A DNA stretch of 64,000 bases from a bacterium. GTDB lineage: Bacteria > SAR324 > XYD2-FULL-50-16. The position numbers and the translations under genes were made by a program. Shown in pieces: positions 47,963-57,576 of the stretch; the first letter of the stretch is position 1; each line of letters starts with the position of its first letter. The stretch spans positions 64,001 to 128,000 of the forward strand of contig JAVVEA010000005.1 in assembly GCA_032250835.1 (NCBI GenBank), written 5' to 3'. Under the pieces are notes generated by a model, which saw nothing but the letters and a program-made list of their open reading frames with translations, was not told where the DNA came from and did no database searches.

Positions 47963-49115
47963 CTAAGTGTTTTACGCTCAACCGGTTGGCCCCATCGCTG
48001 GCTTCCACCCGGCCCGCAAGCAGGGCTTCGATCCCGTCGGCTTGAGCCATGGCCACCAAGGCTTCGGCGATTTCAGCCGGTACAAAGGCCTCTAAACGTG
48101 CGCCTAGGTTATAGACCGGCAACATATCTTTGAAGCTATAGCCATTGGCCTCTTGGATCAACTTAAAGATCGCCGGCGGGTCAAAGAGTTGGTCTTTGAT
48201 GTAATGTAACCCTTTACCGAACTTAAGGCATTTGGTCTGCCCCCCACCGGAGCAATGGACTAGGCCGTGGATCTTGGGGCCATAAGCGTCCAGCATCTTC
48301 TTGATCAAGGGGGCGTAGGTCCGCGTCGGGCTTAAGAGCGCTTGGCCCACGCTCAGCGGGGTGCCCGCCAAGGGGTCGCTCAACTGGGACTTTCCGCAAT
48401 AGACCAATTCCTCGGGTACTTCGGGGGCGAACGTTTCGGGGTAGCGGGCGGCGTAGCCATGAGCCAAGCCGTCGTGCCGGGCGGCGGTCAAGCCATTGGA
48501 GCCGATCCCGCTGTTATATCCTGATTCCCAACGGGCTTGGCCAAAGCTGGCAAAGCTAACAATGGCGTCACCGACCGAAACCCGGTCCAGGTCCACCACT
48601 TGGGCGCGGGGCAGCCGTACCATCAAGGTTGAATCAACGATCAAGGTCCGCACCAAGTCGCCCACATCGGCGGTCTCGCCGCCGGCTAAGGTGATGCCGA
48701 TCCCTTCGGCGCTTAAGCGCTCAATCTGTTCTTGGTAGCCCTGGATCACCTCGGCGATCACCTCACCGGGCACCTTCAGCTTGTTGCGGCCAATGGTATT
48801 GCTTAAGATGAAGCCGCTGGTCGCGCCCACACAGGCCAAATCGTCTAGGTTCATGACCAAAGAGTCTTGGGCAATGCCGCGGAAGACCGATAGGTCGCCG
48901 GTCTCTTTCCAGTAGAGATAAGCCAAGCTCGACTTGGTCCCCGCCCCGTCGGCGTGCATCATCATGCAGGCCTCTGGGTCCCCTGCCAGCAGGTCCGGCA
49001 AGACTTGGCAGAAGGCCCCCGGAAAGAGGCCCTTGTCTAGGCCTTGGATGGCCGCATGGACTTCGCTTTTGGCCGAGGACACCCCTCGTTTGAGATATAG
49101 ATCTGATTCGCTCAT
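47937..49115 (-). CDS. purM: Phosphoribosylformylglycinamidine cyclo-ligase (AIR synthase, long form)
   Basis: HADGAGTKS, MNLDDLACVGA, GGETAD, GIGSNG, LLSPTRTY, HCSGGG. Confidence 0.88.
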   Translation of the reverse strand: MSESDLYLKRGVSSAKSEVHAAIQGLDKGLFPGAFCQVLPDLLAGDPEACMMMHADGAGTKSSLAYLYWKETGDLSVFRGIAQDSLVMNLDDLACVGATSGFILSNTIGRNKLKVPGEVIAEVIQGYQEQIERLSAEGIGITLAGGETADVGDLVRTLIVDSTLMVRLPRAQVVDLDRVSVGDAIVSFASFGQARWESGYNSGIGSNGLTAARHDGLAHGYAARYPETFAPEVPEELVYCGKSQLSDPLAGTPLSVGQALLSPTRTYAPLIKKMLDAYGPKIHGLVHCSGGGQTKCLKFGKGLHYIKDQLFDPPAIFKLIQEANGYSFKDMLPVYNLGARLEAFVPAEIAEALVAMAQADGIEALLAGRVEASDGANRLSVKHLGETYHFEA

Positions 49116-50044
49116 CCTGCCGCCAGTTCTAGGGCTTTGTTTTTAAATTCTGTTTCTGTCTCGCTGGCCATCAGTTCCTTACGCGCTGTCTTGGCGTCGC
49201 GGAACCCGTTGATGTAGCCGCCCAAATGTTTGCGGAATTCCACCAAGGCCTTGTGCTCGCTTTGGGTGCGGCGCAGCAGGTTGAAGTGCTCGATCATCAC
49301 CTCCACCTTGTCTTTTAAGCTCACGGCTTCGCGCGCTGCCTGGGGCCAAAAAACCCAAGGATTGCCCATCGAGGCCCGGCCAATCATGTAGCCGTCCAAG
49401 TTGCCCAGTTGGGCCAGGGCCTGCTCGGGACTTTTCAGGTCGCCATTGCCCACCACCGGGATGCTGAGCGCGTCTTTAGCCCGGTAGATCGGTCCCCAAT
49501 CGGCGACACCTCGGTAGGCCATCTTGGCGGTCCGGCCGTGTAGCGTCAAGAGTTGGCAGCCCGCATCTTGCAATTGTTTGGCAAAGGGGATCAAGCCTTC
49601 GGCATCAGCCCAGCCCAGCCGGGTCTTGACGGTGACCGGGAGTTTGGTGGCCTTGGCCGTGGCTTCGACGATCCTCAAGGCCAAGTCCGGTTCCTTAAGC
49701 AACGCTGCGCCGGTTCCATTTTTGACAATCCGCTTCGAGGGGCAACCAAAGTTGATGTCGATGGCGGTAATGCCCATGTCCTCAATCTGCTTTGCAATCA
49801 AGGCAAAGGTATCGGGGTCGCGGCCAAAGAGTTGGACAATATAAGGCAATTCACGGGGCTCAAAATCCAGGCGGCTTTTGACGAAGTCGCTGTGGACAAT
49901 GCCGTTGACGTTGGTGAATTCCGAATAGAGCAATACCTCCGGGTTCAGGCGGCGCACCACCTGCCTAAAGGCCATATCGGTCACACCGTCCATCGGGGCC
50001 AGAGCGACAATGGGGCGTTTTAAAGAGTCAATCGGATGGGTCAA
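49112..50044 (-). CDS. dusB: tRNA-dihydrouridine synthase (DusB-like)
   Basis: LAPMDGVTD, IDINFGCP, HGRT, GNGD, MIGRA. Confidence 0.88.
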   Translation of the reverse strand: MTHPIDSLKRPIVALAPMDGVTDMAFRQVVRRLNPEVLLYSEFTNVNGIVHSDFVKSRLDFEPRELPYIVQLFGRDPDTFALIAKQIEDMGITAIDINFGCPSKRIVKNGTGAALLKEPDLALRIVEATAKATKLPVTVKTRLGWADAEGLIPFAKQLQDAGCQLLTLHGRTAKMAYRGVADWGPIYRAKDALSIPVVGNGDLKSPEQALAQLGNLDGYMIGRASMGNPWVFWPQAAREAVSLKDKVEVMIEHFNLLRRTQSEHKALVEFRKHLGGYINGFRDAKTARKELMASETETEFKNKALELAAG

Positions 50045-50336
50045 GGTTGCCTTTCACATACTCCTCCCACTCAACGGGCAGGAGGTATTTTTTCTTGTTG
50101 TTACATTCCTTACAGGCGGGCACTAAGTTGCCTTTGACGCTCAACCCACCCCGACTGACGGGGATCTTGTGGTCCATCGTCAACTCGGTGGCGTTGACCC
50201 TTTTTCCGCAATAATAACAAACGCCGCGCCCGCGCAGGTTCTTCCACCATTGAGAATGCCGGAGCTCGCGTGCCTTGGCTTTTTCTCGTTTGAGGTGGGC
50301 TTCGTCAACGGAAATAAAGTCGCCTTCAAATTTCAC
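50028..50336 (-). CDS. Small HNH endonuclease-domain protein
   Basis: CYYCG...TMDHKIPVSRGG...NLVPACKECN. Confidence 0.9.
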   Translation of the reverse strand: MKFEGDFISVDEAHLKREKAKARELRHSQWWKNLRGRGVCYYCGKRVNATELTMDHKIPVSRGGLSVKGNLVPACKECNNKKKYLLPVEWEEYVKGNLDPSD

Positions 50337-51043
50337 TTACATTCCCCCACCGAACCCAAGCCGCAGACCTTCCCATCGATCCATTGGGCCCCTTCTAGCT
50401 GGGCCCCATCAAAATGCGCTCCGGTGATTTTGGCGCCGGTCAGGTCGGCTTCGCGCAGGTCTGCACCCGTTAGGTTGGTGTTTTCTAAACTAGCCCCGAC
50501 CAACTTAGCGCCCCGCAGGTGGGCCCCGATCAGGTTGGCATCGCCTAAAAAGACGTTGCGCAGGTTGGCCCGTTTGAGCCGGGCCCCTCGCAGATCAATC
50601 CCCAGCATCTTGGTTAAGGGCGCAATCAACCCATCCATCCGGGCGTTGTTCAATTCGGCGTAAGAAAGGTCCGAGCCTCCCAGATCCGCACCGACCCAGA
50701 TGGAGTTTGAAGCACTGAGCAGGTTTAAGTCCGCACCGGCGAACTGGGCCCCAGACAGGTCGGCGTTTTCTAGGTTGGCCCAGCGCAGCAGGGTCCCCTT
50801 GGCGCGGATCCCCTTGAGTTGTGCCCCTTTCAGGTCAACCCATTGCAAATTGGCCCGGTCCAAATCGGCTTGGTTGAGGTCCACGCCGCGTAATTGCCAG
50901 CTATTCAGGTCCGCTTCGGCCAGGTTACACCCGGCGCACTTGCGTTCCTTTTCCAGGCGGTCCACATCTTCGGGGAAATAGGCTTGTAGACTCAAGGGCA
51001 TGATGACCACCAAAGCGGCCAAGAGCAGTGATTTCGGTCCCAT
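50333..51043 (-). CDS. Secreted pentapeptide-repeat protein
   Basis: Signal peptide, CAGCNL, tandem A(D/N)Lxx repeats, C-terminal WIDGKVC...C. Confidence 0.9.
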   Translation of the reverse strand: MGPKSLLLAALVVIMPLSLQAYFPEDVDRLEKERKCAGCNLAEADLNSWQLRGVDLNQADLDRANLQWVDLKGAQLKGIRAKGTLLRWANLENADLSGAQFAGADLNLLSASNSIWVGADLGGSDLSYAELNNARMDGLIAPLTKMLGIDLRGARLKRANLRNVFLGDANLIGAHLRGAKLVGASLENTNLTGADLREADLTGAKITGAHFDGAQLEGAQWIDGKVCGLGSVGECK

Positions 51044-51099
51044 AGATTGATCTCTCGAAGTTTTCTTATCCTCTCCGAAATTGCTTCTGCTCGCAACCC

Positions 51100-52683
51100 T
51101 TAAAAGGTTAGGTCCACTTTGAGGCCCCCTTTGGGACTCAGGCTTTGGCTTGATTCGCCTAGCTCTAGAACCCCCCATTGGTAGTCCTGATATTCACCGC
51201 CCACAAACCCGCCTAGCGACAGGTCCAAAGGCAGCGGCCAGCGCAGCCATAAGGCCAAGGTGGTGCTGGTCCCCTTAAACCGCATAGCAGGCTCATTGGC
51301 TGGGGCGTCGGCTTCGCGGGTAAAATCCATGCGGCGGTGGATCAGGCTGATTTCGGGCTCTAAAGGCAGCGTTTCAGAGAGGTCCAAATTGAAGCGGTAA
51401 TGGCGGATTTTGGTCAAATAGTTGGGAGCCGCCGCGATTTCGGCGCGCAGGCGTTCTTTCTCGGCGATTTGTTCGGGGCTATCCCCTTCGCTGATGATGA
51501 TGTTATCCACCTTCCCGTCCACCGACCAGCCAACGTGCAACTCTGCCTTTAAGTCTAAGTCACGGTAGCTCAGCGCCATTTTGTTGATCTCCACTCGGTG
51601 ACGGAAGAAGGCCTCGTCAATATTAACGCCGTACTGCATGGGCATCCACATATATTCTATGGCCCAGGCATCATAGTCAAAACCGCCCATAATATGGTGC
51701 AACTCATTGAGCCTAAAGTCCACCGCCCCCATGTCTTCAGGCTTCCATTTATAGCGTTCCTCGCCCAGTAACAGCCGGTCAAAGTCGTACATGATGCTAA
51801 AGTGCACATAGTCCGCCTTAAGGCGGTAGTAAAACTGGCTCTGGGGCTCTTCATGTAGGCTATAGGGCATCGGGTGGGTACCGGTGACCAAAACCCGCTG
51901 GAACCCAAAGGGCCCTTCGGACAACTGTGACACGAAGCTGGGGATGAAGCTATTGACCCGAGAGCGACTCGCCCCGTAGCGGGTGCCCGAAACAAACCAA
52001 AGGCCGAGACTGTTAAAGTTTTGGTAAACCTGAGGAACAGCGTAGAAAACCTTGTTTTCCCGGTATTCTTCCACCACTTTATAGGCCCCTTGCATCCGGT
52101 CTAATTCCCGGCGGATCAACAGTGGATCGCCCAAGAGTTGCTGCGGATTGATCCGGTTTTCTTTGGGTTGAGCGGCGCAATGGGCAAAGGGATAGGGATG
52201 GGCAAAGCTAGCCTGCTGGCCGCTAGTGGAGCCAAAACTAAGCGGTTTAAGTTCTTCTTGACGGACGATGTCCCAAATTGCGTCGCGCCGGATAATGGTT
52301 TCGCGGCCGTTGAGGCTCAAAAAGCTAATTTCTTGTTCGCTAAAATCTATCGGCCAGCCTTGCACCAATGGCTTTAAAACCCCCTGGTGCCTTGTGCGCA
52401 CCTCCAAGGGGGCTAAAGCCGGGCGGTCAATCTGAGGCAAAAACAACTCACCCATAGGGTAAGAGGCCATGTAGATCACGTCGAAGCGGTCGATCTCTTC
52501 AAACTTCCCCTTTAAATCTAAAAGGGTTAATTTCTCTTCCCCAACATCCAAAATCACCCCAACCGAACGGTTGCAGGCTCCTTTGTATAAGGCGGTGATG
52601 TTGAGCGCTTGGGCGGCCTGGGGGAGGCCTACCGCCCAAAGGAGCACCGCCCCCAGCGCCATGGATTTATAAAATAAATTCAA
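51100..52683 (-). CDS. Hypothetical secreted/outer-membrane protein (paralog of 52667-54265)
   Basis: Signal peptide, aromatic alternating C-terminal strands ending KVDLTF; start uncertain. Confidence 0.65.
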   Translation of the reverse strand: MNLFYKSMALGAVLLWAVGLPQAAQALNITALYKGACNRSVGVILDVGEEKLTLLDLKGKFEEIDRFDVIYMASYPMGELFLPQIDRPALAPLEVRTRHQGVLKPLVQGWPIDFSEQEISFLSLNGRETIIRRDAIWDIVRQEELKPLSFGSTSGQQASFAHPYPFAHCAAQPKENRINPQQLLGDPLLIRRELDRMQGAYKVVEEYRENKVFYAVPQVYQNFNSLGLWFVSGTRYGASRSRVNSFIPSFVSQLSEGPFGFQRVLVTGTHPMPYSLHEEPQSQFYYRLKADYVHFSIMYDFDRLLLGEERYKWKPEDMGAVDFRLNELHHIMGGFDYDAWAIEYMWMPMQYGVNIDEAFFRHRVEINKMALSYRDLDLKAELHVGWSVDGKVDNIIISEGDSPEQIAEKERLRAEIAAAPNYLTKIRHYRFNLDLSETLPLEPEISLIHRRMDFTREADAPANEPAMRFKGTSTTLALWLRWPLPLDLSLGGFVGGEYQDYQWGVLELGESSQSLSPKGGLKVDLTF

Positions 52684-54265
52684 TGGACCCCACCAAGGAA
52701 TACTGGTTTTCCTGGAACCGGCTCGAAGAACCAAAATCCAGTTGGTAGTCGCGCAAGAAGAAATTCAGCTGGCCAGTCAAGACCACATAGCTCCCAAAGC
52801 GTTGTCTGGCATACATCAACGTCTTGATCTGATTTCCTTTAAAACTGCGGTCCTGCTCTTTAAAGACCTCTCGGTAATCTACCTGCTGCAAAATCGCCGC
52901 ACCGCCAAAGGTGATTTCGGGGTCCCAGCGGTAGTCATAATTGCTTCGCAGGTAAAAGACATCAAAACTGAAGCGTTGCAACTGGGCACGCAACTGGGAT
53001 TCTGAATCTAAGGCCAAGCTCGCGCTGATCATCGCGTCGGAGTCGTTTAGGCGCAGCTGTCGCTCATCGGGTTCATCCGCCTCGGCGTGGCTTTTGGCCC
53101 AGATCAGCTTAAAGGAGGATTTAGGGTGCTGGAACATAAACCGGAAGATCGGCGTGGCCTCGGTAGCTAAGACTTCTCGAAAAAGCCCGCCTGCGTTGAG
53201 CCCATAAATGGGATAATATACCCCCGCCGCCAGCGAAAAAGGCCCGTAATCTATCCCCGAAAGGGCTAAATAGTTGAAGCTTTCATTAACCGCCGCTTCT
53301 TTAGCGACGACCTTTTTGTAATAGTCCAGCGCAAAGGCCCGATTGGCGACCATGAACCCACTACCCGCCGCCAGGGCCATCGGGTTGCCCACAAAGCTGG
53401 CGTTGAAGAAATGGGATTTTAGGTCCGTCTGCATCACAAAAACCGGCTCTACTTGGGGCAGCCATTCTACCTGCTTGGTGCCCAAAACCGTCAGGCCTTG
53501 GTGGCTGTAAGGACGACCGGCGGACCATTGGAAGTAAAAGGGGAAAAAGGAGGGGAGTTCCTCATTGCTGTTAGGAACCGTCAGCGGCAGGCCAAACTTG
53601 GTTTCCTCATCAAAAACAAAGGGCCTTGCGTAAAACTGGGTGCGTTCTTGAAAACGCCGCAAATTGGTGAAGCCCTCTTGATAGGCCCCAAAGAACTGGC
53701 TGATGCGGATTTGATCGCTGATCACCCGGGTCGGAAAGAGCGGCTCGCCGGGTCCCGGAGCCTCTTGGTCGTGGCACTGCGAAAGCCCCTGACCCAGACG
53801 GGGCGAAACGGGCTGGGCTTTGGTCGGCGCTAGCTCGGCGGTGAGATGGACGGGCGCTTTAATCCGCACGATTTGGTCGATGCCCACCAAGGAGGTCTTG
53901 CCGTTGGTGTCGTAATAAACCACCAACTCTTCTAAGAACCGGATGGGCCAGCCAGTGAAGGCCGGACCGCCCCGGTGCTTTAGGTGGATTTCGCGTAACT
54001 CCGATTGCAACCGACCGGTCAGGCGGACTTGGGAGATCGGGTTTTCCAGTGCATTGTAGACTAGGATATGGCGTACTTCTTCGCGCCGGATACTGTTGAG
54101 GCGGCCATCTAAGCCCAACAGGTCGATTTGCTGGGCGTCTGTGTAGATGATCAACCCAGCCGGGCCTTCGCACTGGGCGTCCAGCAATCGATAGAGTTCG
54201 ATGGCCTGCGTGGCGGGAACCTGGACCAACAAAAGCGCCAGGAAGGCTAAAATTATCCGGTTCAT
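52667..54265 (-). CDS. Hypothetical secreted/outer-membrane protein (paralog of 51100-52683)
   Basis: Signal peptide; shares GWPIxF and LDxxG...IxR motifs with its neighbour; ends SIEFIL. Confidence 0.65.
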   Translation of the reverse strand: MNRIILAFLALLLVQVPATQAIELYRLLDAQCEGPAGLIIYTDAQQIDLLGLDGRLNSIRREEVRHILVYNALENPISQVRLTGRLQSELREIHLKHRGGPAFTGWPIRFLEELVVYYDTNGKTSLVGIDQIVRIKAPVHLTAELAPTKAQPVSPRLGQGLSQCHDQEAPGPGEPLFPTRVISDQIRISQFFGAYQEGFTNLRRFQERTQFYARPFVFDEETKFGLPLTVPNSNEELPSFFPFYFQWSAGRPYSHQGLTVLGTKQVEWLPQVEPVFVMQTDLKSHFFNASFVGNPMALAAGSGFMVANRAFALDYYKKVVAKEAAVNESFNYLALSGIDYGPFSLAAGVYYPIYGLNAGGLFREVLATEATPIFRFMFQHPKSSFKLIWAKSHAEADEPDERQLRLNDSDAMISASLALDSESQLRAQLQRFSFDVFYLRSNYDYRWDPEITFGGAAILQQVDYREVFKEQDRSFKGNQIKTLMYARQRFGSYVVLTGQLNFFLRDYQLDFGSSSRFQENQYSLVGSIEFIL

Positions 54266-54936
54266 GGTAAAGTGATATTTTTCACAAATCGTTCAAATAA
54301 GTCGTCTAACTGAGGCAATACCCACTCACGACCGGGCAATTCCGCTGTGTCCCAGGCCTGGGCTACCAATTGAGGGGTCAAGCAGGCTAAAGCGGGCCCA
54401 GAGATTTCGGCGAAACTGACGTGCCAAGGTTCGGGGGCCACGCCGCCTAAATCACGGGCATAGGGGCGGAAAAAACCAAAGGGGCTTAGGTTATGATCCA
54501 GCCACCGGTTTAATTTTTCGAAAACCCCGCCGTTGGCGTATTCTTCGGGCAGTAGCTGCACCTGATAACCCGGCGGGAGGGCGGCCAAATCGATCAAGTC
54601 CAATTCGCTGCCCCAATGGTGCCGACTAGCACCGGGCAGAGCCGACCAACGCAGAATCGCCAAAACCAAGGCCTCAGGGGAGAGGGACTCAAAGTCCAGA
54701 ACCTTTCCCTGGGTATCATAAAGCGGGCGTTGGCCCGTTAGCTTAAGCCGCCAGATTCTCGCCTGGCTCTCAAAATCACGAAAGCCCGAAAAGACCCCTA
54801 GTTCGATCCCTTCCTTGCGGGCTTTTTGACGTAGGTCGATAAAAGCGCGCACCGCCAAGGGCGCGGCGGCAAAGCGCGGCTCTTGCACCTGAAGTATATG
54901 CTGGCGGGTTTTCCCGGTCAACTCGGCGGGCGTCAT
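54262..54936 (-). CDS. M15-family D-Ala-D-Ala carboxypeptidase (VanY-like)
   Basis: SGFRDF, SALPGASRHHWG..LD, EPWH. Confidence 0.9.
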   Translation of the reverse strand: MTPAELTGKTRQHILQVQEPRFAAAPLAVRAFIDLRQKARKEGIELGVFSGFRDFESQARIWRLKLTGQRPLYDTQGKVLDFESLSPEALVLAILRWSALPGASRHHWGSELDLIDLAALPPGYQVQLLPEEYANGGVFEKLNRWLDHNLSPFGFFRPYARDLGGVAPEPWHVSFAEISGPALACLTPQLVAQAWDTAELPGREWVLPQLDDLFERFVKNITLP

Positions 54937-55568
54937 GAGGGATATAAGACCTCTTTTAAATCGCGCTGGGGAAGTTTGGACAGTTGGCTGAAGATGGCTT
55001 CGACCTGTTGCCGCGTTTCTTCTAAGCTGCCGGAGTTATCCACCACATAGTCGGCGCGGGCTCGCTTTTCTTCGAGTGGTAATTGGGCCTGAATGCGCCG
55101 CTCGATCTCAACTAGGTTCATGCCGCGCCCCTCGACCAACCGGCGGACCTGTTCGGCAGGCTCCAAGGCAACCAAGATCGTGGCGGCAAAGCGAGATTGG
55201 AGGTTTTTTTCAAATAATAGGGGGATTAGGTAACAGACCCGGGCGTCGGGGTCTTGTTGGAACAACTGCCGCAACAGCCGCTTTTTTTCATGGGCGATGC
55301 GCCGGTGGGTGATCGCTTCTAGCTCGCGCAGTAAAGGCAGCTCATTAAAAACGATTTCCGCCACCCTCTGGCGGTCCATTTCGCCGTTGGGCAAGAGGAT
55401 CTTAGGACCTAACAGGTCGACCACCTCTTCTAAGCCCTCACTCCCCTTGGCCACCACCTTGCGGGCTAGTTGGTCTGAATCAATGATGCGCCAGCCTAAG
55501 GCTTCAACCATCGGGGCCAGCGTGCTTTTCCCCGAGCCGATTCCTCCGGTCAAGGCCACCAAGATCAT
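54933..55568 (-). CDS. coaE: Dephospho-CoA kinase
   Basis: LTGGIGSGKST, IDSDQLAR, IPLLFE, VDNSG. Confidence 0.95.
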   Translation of the reverse strand: MILVALTGGIGSGKSTLAPMVEALGWRIIDSDQLARKVVAKGSEGLEEVVDLLGPKILLPNGEMDRQRVAEIVFNELPLLRELEAITHRRIAHEKKRLLRQLFQQDPDARVCYLIPLLFEKNLQSRFAATILVALEPAEQVRRLVEGRGMNLVEIERRIQAQLPLEEKRARADYVVDNSGSLEETRQQVEAIFSQLSKLPQRDLKEVLYPS

Positions 55569-55569
55569 C

Positions 55570-56109
55570 TCAGTTCTCCCGTAGGTACCCAATCAAAGAC
55601 CCAAACCAACGCGTCAGGGTCAGGTAATATTTAACCAAAATCAAGGCCAGGAAATACCAAACCAGCAGACTGTGGGAAATATGCAGTAATTCTAACCCAG
55701 GCCATCCGCCCAGGTGCAGACGGGTTTTAAGGTGCAACAGTAAGCCCAATAGGGCAATCAAGCCGAGGGTAGAAAAAAACATCAGGTCCACCCAATGCCG
55801 GGGGCCTCGGCTTTTTATCTCGCGGATTTGGTCGCGGGCGGCGCTGCCTGCTTGTTTGAGCGCCACCTTCGGCGCGGTACGTCCCTGTATCCGGTCGTAA
55901 ACCAAAGCGACCAATACGGTGATCAACAAGATGCCAAAGGCCCGGTGGAACAATTGCATCTCGATGCGCCCAAAGGACTCTAAGATTTCTAAACGCCGCA
56001 GACCCAAGGCGGTCAGGTAACAAAGCAGGATCGCCGAGGGCAAGCCAAAACGGCGGAACTGGCGGATGCCAAATTCGTAGGCTGAAAAACGCAGCGATTG
56101 GAGATTCAT
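55570..56109 (-). CDS. Four-TM membrane protein, cytochrome b-like subunit of the hydrogenase-like complex
   Basis: Four hydrophobic segments with His in TM2 (LFHRAFG) and TM4 (LHISHSL); third gene after the small and large subunits. Confidence 0.6.
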   Translation of the reverse strand: MNLQSLRFSAYEFGIRQFRRFGLPSAILLCYLTALGLRRLEILESFGRIEMQLFHRAFGILLITVLVALVYDRIQGRTAPKVALKQAGSAARDQIREIKSRGPRHWVDLMFFSTLGLIALLGLLLHLKTRLHLGGWPGLELLHISHSLLVWYFLALILVKYYLTLTRWFGSLIGYLREN

Positions 56110-56115
56110 CGGCTC

Positions 56116-57576
56116 CTATTGGGTAGCGTCCAGGGCCATCGCATAATAGCTATGTAAAATGCGGTTGGCGGTCAGCGGTTTGATCGGGTTGTTCTCACTC
56201 AGTCGGTTCAACTCAGACTCGACCAAGCCGGTCTTGCCGAATTCGTCACGGCTGCTGAGCGTCCAGTTGGCCGGTGCCACGATCCGGTATCCGGTGATGG
56301 CTCCTTCGCCGATAAAGACCTGGTGCATCAAGCTACCCGAAGGCGCTTCGACCAGCCCCGTCCCGGTCCCACGCCCAGAGAAGGCAAGGGGCCGTTGTAG
56401 GTTGAGCTTTTGGCTAAAATCAAAACCCATCAGACTCTTAAAGAGGCTTAACATCAAAAAGCGCCCTTCAAAAGCTTCGGCCAGCAAGCGTGAGGCCGCG
56501 CTATTAGCGCGGTCGGAGCTAAGGCCTAGGTCTTCGATCCAAGCCGAGATGCTGTCGGAAATCTGCACGTTGCCGCCGCCGTAGTGGGTCACCAACATCC
56601 GCGCCAGGGGACCGGTCTGCATCACTTCGATTTCGTACCGGGCGGCTTTGATCCAGGTTTTCGCCTCTTTTTTGTTGAGGTCATAAATCAGATCGTTGGA
56701 CAGGCTCTTATTGTCCGCCGAACGGTAATAAGTGTCCACGAAAGATTCGGTCACCTTAGCGGCATTCAGGGGCTCCAATTTACCGTCCAGGTAAACACCG
56801 GAGGTATAATAAGAGGGGTCATCTTTGGCGTTTTCGATGTCCATGGAACCGAAGCTGATGAGCTGTTGGTTCTCGCCTAGTCCCTGGGCCAACTCCGGGG
56901 TTGCGCCGATCAAGGCCCGCAGATCGCCCGGCCAAGTTACCTCTACTGTTTGTTTGATGCCTTCGAGCAGCCGCAACAACCGCATCACCTGGTCTCGACT
57001 GACTTGCTGGTTAGTCACCCCGCCGGGGATCAAGTTCATCACGATCGGGAACTTTCCGCCTAGAAGCCCCAAACATTGTTGTAGCTTGCCTAAACAGGTC
57101 ACTACCTGGGGCAAATGGCTCAAAATCAGCCGCCCGCTTTCATGGCCTAAATCGCCCGGGGCTTCTTCACGCATCGCTAAAGCCGGAAAAAAGCTAGCCC
57201 GCAGCAGGCCTTGGGCCTTAAAGTGACGCTGGTTCAGATAGTCCGGCAGGACTTCAAAATAGAAATGAGAAATATGGGCGTGTAAAGTGGAGAGCTGCAG
57301 CATGATCTGGCGGATCTTCTGGCCCCCGTAGGTAGGCTTGATCTGGAGAAAGTTTTCCAGCGCTAAGGCAGCCGCCAAACCGTGAGCCACCCCGTTTTTG
57401 GCCGAAAGGGTCTGGGTCAGTTGGACTGCCTCCAAAGGAGACTTGCCAAAGAGCCGCCCTTCCATGTGCAGGGTGCGGCCCGACTGCAATAAAACCCGCC
57501 CTTCTTCGCCGTCGGTCTCCACCGAAACCTTCAACAGGCCTTCAATATTAGGAACCCGTTCGATCAATGATTTCAA
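56116..57576 (-). CDS. [NiFe]-hydrogenase large-subunit homolog lacking all Ni/Fe ligands
   Basis: Recognisable scaffold (NIEG, HFY...LPDY, PGGVT, WIKAARY, GPLARM, EAPSG.L.H, Y.IVAP.NW). L1 reads TQTLSAKNGVAH and L2 reads RILHSYYAMALDATQ. Confidence 0.9.
   Translation of the reverse strand: MKSLIERVPNIEGLLKVSVETDGEEGRVLLQSGRTLHMEGRLFGKSPLEAVQLTQTLSAKNGVAHGLAAALALENFLQIKPTYGGQKIRQIMLQLSTLHAHISHFYFEVLPDYLNQRHFKAQGLLRASFFPALAMREEAPGDLGHESGRLILSHLPQVVTCLGKLQQCLGLLGGKFPIVMNLIPGGVTNQQVSRDQVMRLLRLLEGIKQTVEVTWPGDLRALIGATPELAQGLGENQQLISFGSMDIENAKDDPSYYTSGVYLDGKLEPLNAAKVTESFVDTYYRSADNKSLSNDLIYDLNKKEAKTWIKAARYEIEVMQTGPLARMLVTHYGGGNVQISDSISAWIEDLGLSSDRANSAASRLLAEAFEGRFLMLSLFKSLMGFDFSQKLNLQRPLAFSGRGTGTGLVEAPSGSLMHQVFIGEGAITGYRIVAPANWTLSSRDEFGKTGLVESELNRLSENNPIKPLTANRILHSYYAMALDATQ

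Noticed and set aside
50028-50336. HNH gene as a homing endonuclease or defence nuclease
   Set aside because: A small stand-alone HNH overlapping housekeeping neighbours, with no intron, methylase or mobile context.
56116-57576. Selenocysteine or recoding as the explanation for the missing Cys
   Set aside because: The ORF has no internal TGA. The ligand positions encode Ser, Asn, Met and Asp, and the stop is TAG.
56116-57576. Complex I NuoD / Ehr-type subunit
   Set aside because: Those also lack Ni ligands. Here, however, the partner is a Tat-exported small subunit with a medial/distal Fe-S domain plus a cyt b-like protein, and there are no antiporter-like subunits.
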